DNA of 64,000 nucleotides from Tenericutes bacterium ADurb.Bin087 (GTDB lineage: Bacteria > Bacillota_I > Bacilli_A > RFN20 > CAG-826), in assembly GCA_002070905.1 (NCBI GenBank), contig MWEF01000006.1, positions 1,821 to 65,820 on the forward strand, written 5' to 3'. Position numbers and translations under genes: made by a program. This document shows positions 63,599-64,000 of the stretch, in pieces; within the stretch, counting starts at the first letter, position 1; the number at the start of each line of letters is the position of its first letter. The notes below the pieces were generated by a model. That model saw nothing but the letters and a program-made list of their open reading frames with translations, ran no database searches and had not been told where the DNA came from.

Positions 63599-64000
63599 TT
63601 AGTGGTATTTGTCAAAGGATTTCGCCACAAGTTCAAGAATTGGTAGTTCTCTACGGGCAACAAGGAGTCCAACCCCAGTAATTTTAAGTTGTTCTTTGTA
63701 CAAAAGAAGCGCTTTTTGTAAGGGAACCCACACGATTTTATCAATCAGCCGTGCTTCCCTTTCTTCAAAATGTTTCGAGCCTTCTTTTACTACTTTAAAT
63801 AGATAATAGTAGGAATAATTCTCTTGTTTAATTAAATTATAAAAATCATGCACAATGCCGATTTTTTCAAGAAGTTCAACTTTAACCCCGAGTTCTTCAT
63901 CCATCTCACGCATCGCACTCTCTAACACCGTTTCATTAATCCGTTTACCACCACCTGGTAATTCATAATAATCACGATGGCCAAATTTATCCATTGCTAA
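63599..64000 (-). CDS. NUDIX hydrolase (5' end probably beyond the window)
   Basis: Nudix box LPGGGKRINETVLESAMREMDEELG. The frame stays open to the window edge upstream of the ATG at 63994. Confidence 0.7.
   Translation of the reverse strand, partial: LAMDKFGHRDYYELPGGGKRINETVLESAMREMDEELGVKVELLEKIGIVHDFYNLIKQENYSYYYLFKVVKEGSKHFEEREARLIDKIVWVPLQKALLLYKEQLKITGVGLLVARRELPILELVAKSFDKYH

Overview
AT-rich chromosomal segment that looks low-GC Firmicutes/Mollicutes-like. TGA acts as a stop (e.g. 8281-8283) and TGG encodes Trp, so this is not genetic code 4. An Acholeplasma- or Erysipelotrichia-like origin is only a guess. I called about 47 protein genes, five tRNAs (Gly-CCC, Asp-GUC, Phe-GAA, initiator Met-CAU, His-GUG) and two riboswitches I recognise with confidence: an M-box before tandem mgtE genes, and a ydaO-type c-di-AMP riboswitch before a CPA2 antiporter and a PII-like gene. 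The first ~45 kb is mostly housekeeping and transport. It holds enolase, RdgB, several NUDIX hydrolases, SbcD/SbcC-like YhaO/YhaN, UDP-glucose dehydrogenase, GH2, MFS, a Na/Pi cotransporter, an MtaD-like deaminase, and two asymmetric heterodimeric ABC exporter pairs sitting below a phosphatase/patatin string. The last ~17 kb (46.6-63.3 kb) looks accessory. Two convergent operons encode six exported proteins (three with C-terminal SGNH esterase domains, one LamG protein, two GLUG-repeat beta-helix proteins). Each operon is divergently paired with an AraC regulator, one of which is fused to an apparently catalytically intact GH43 domain. This is my best candidate for an undescribed system. The next candidates are the c-di-AMP riboswitch/CPA2/PII-like module, an MFS transporter fused to a soluble DUF2804-like domain, a cysteine-less HMA protein coupled to an ABC exporter, an unannotated 40-aa zinc-ribbon ORF and an initiator tRNA with C33. 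All domain calls rest on motifs read by eye and family knowledge from memory. No searches were run.
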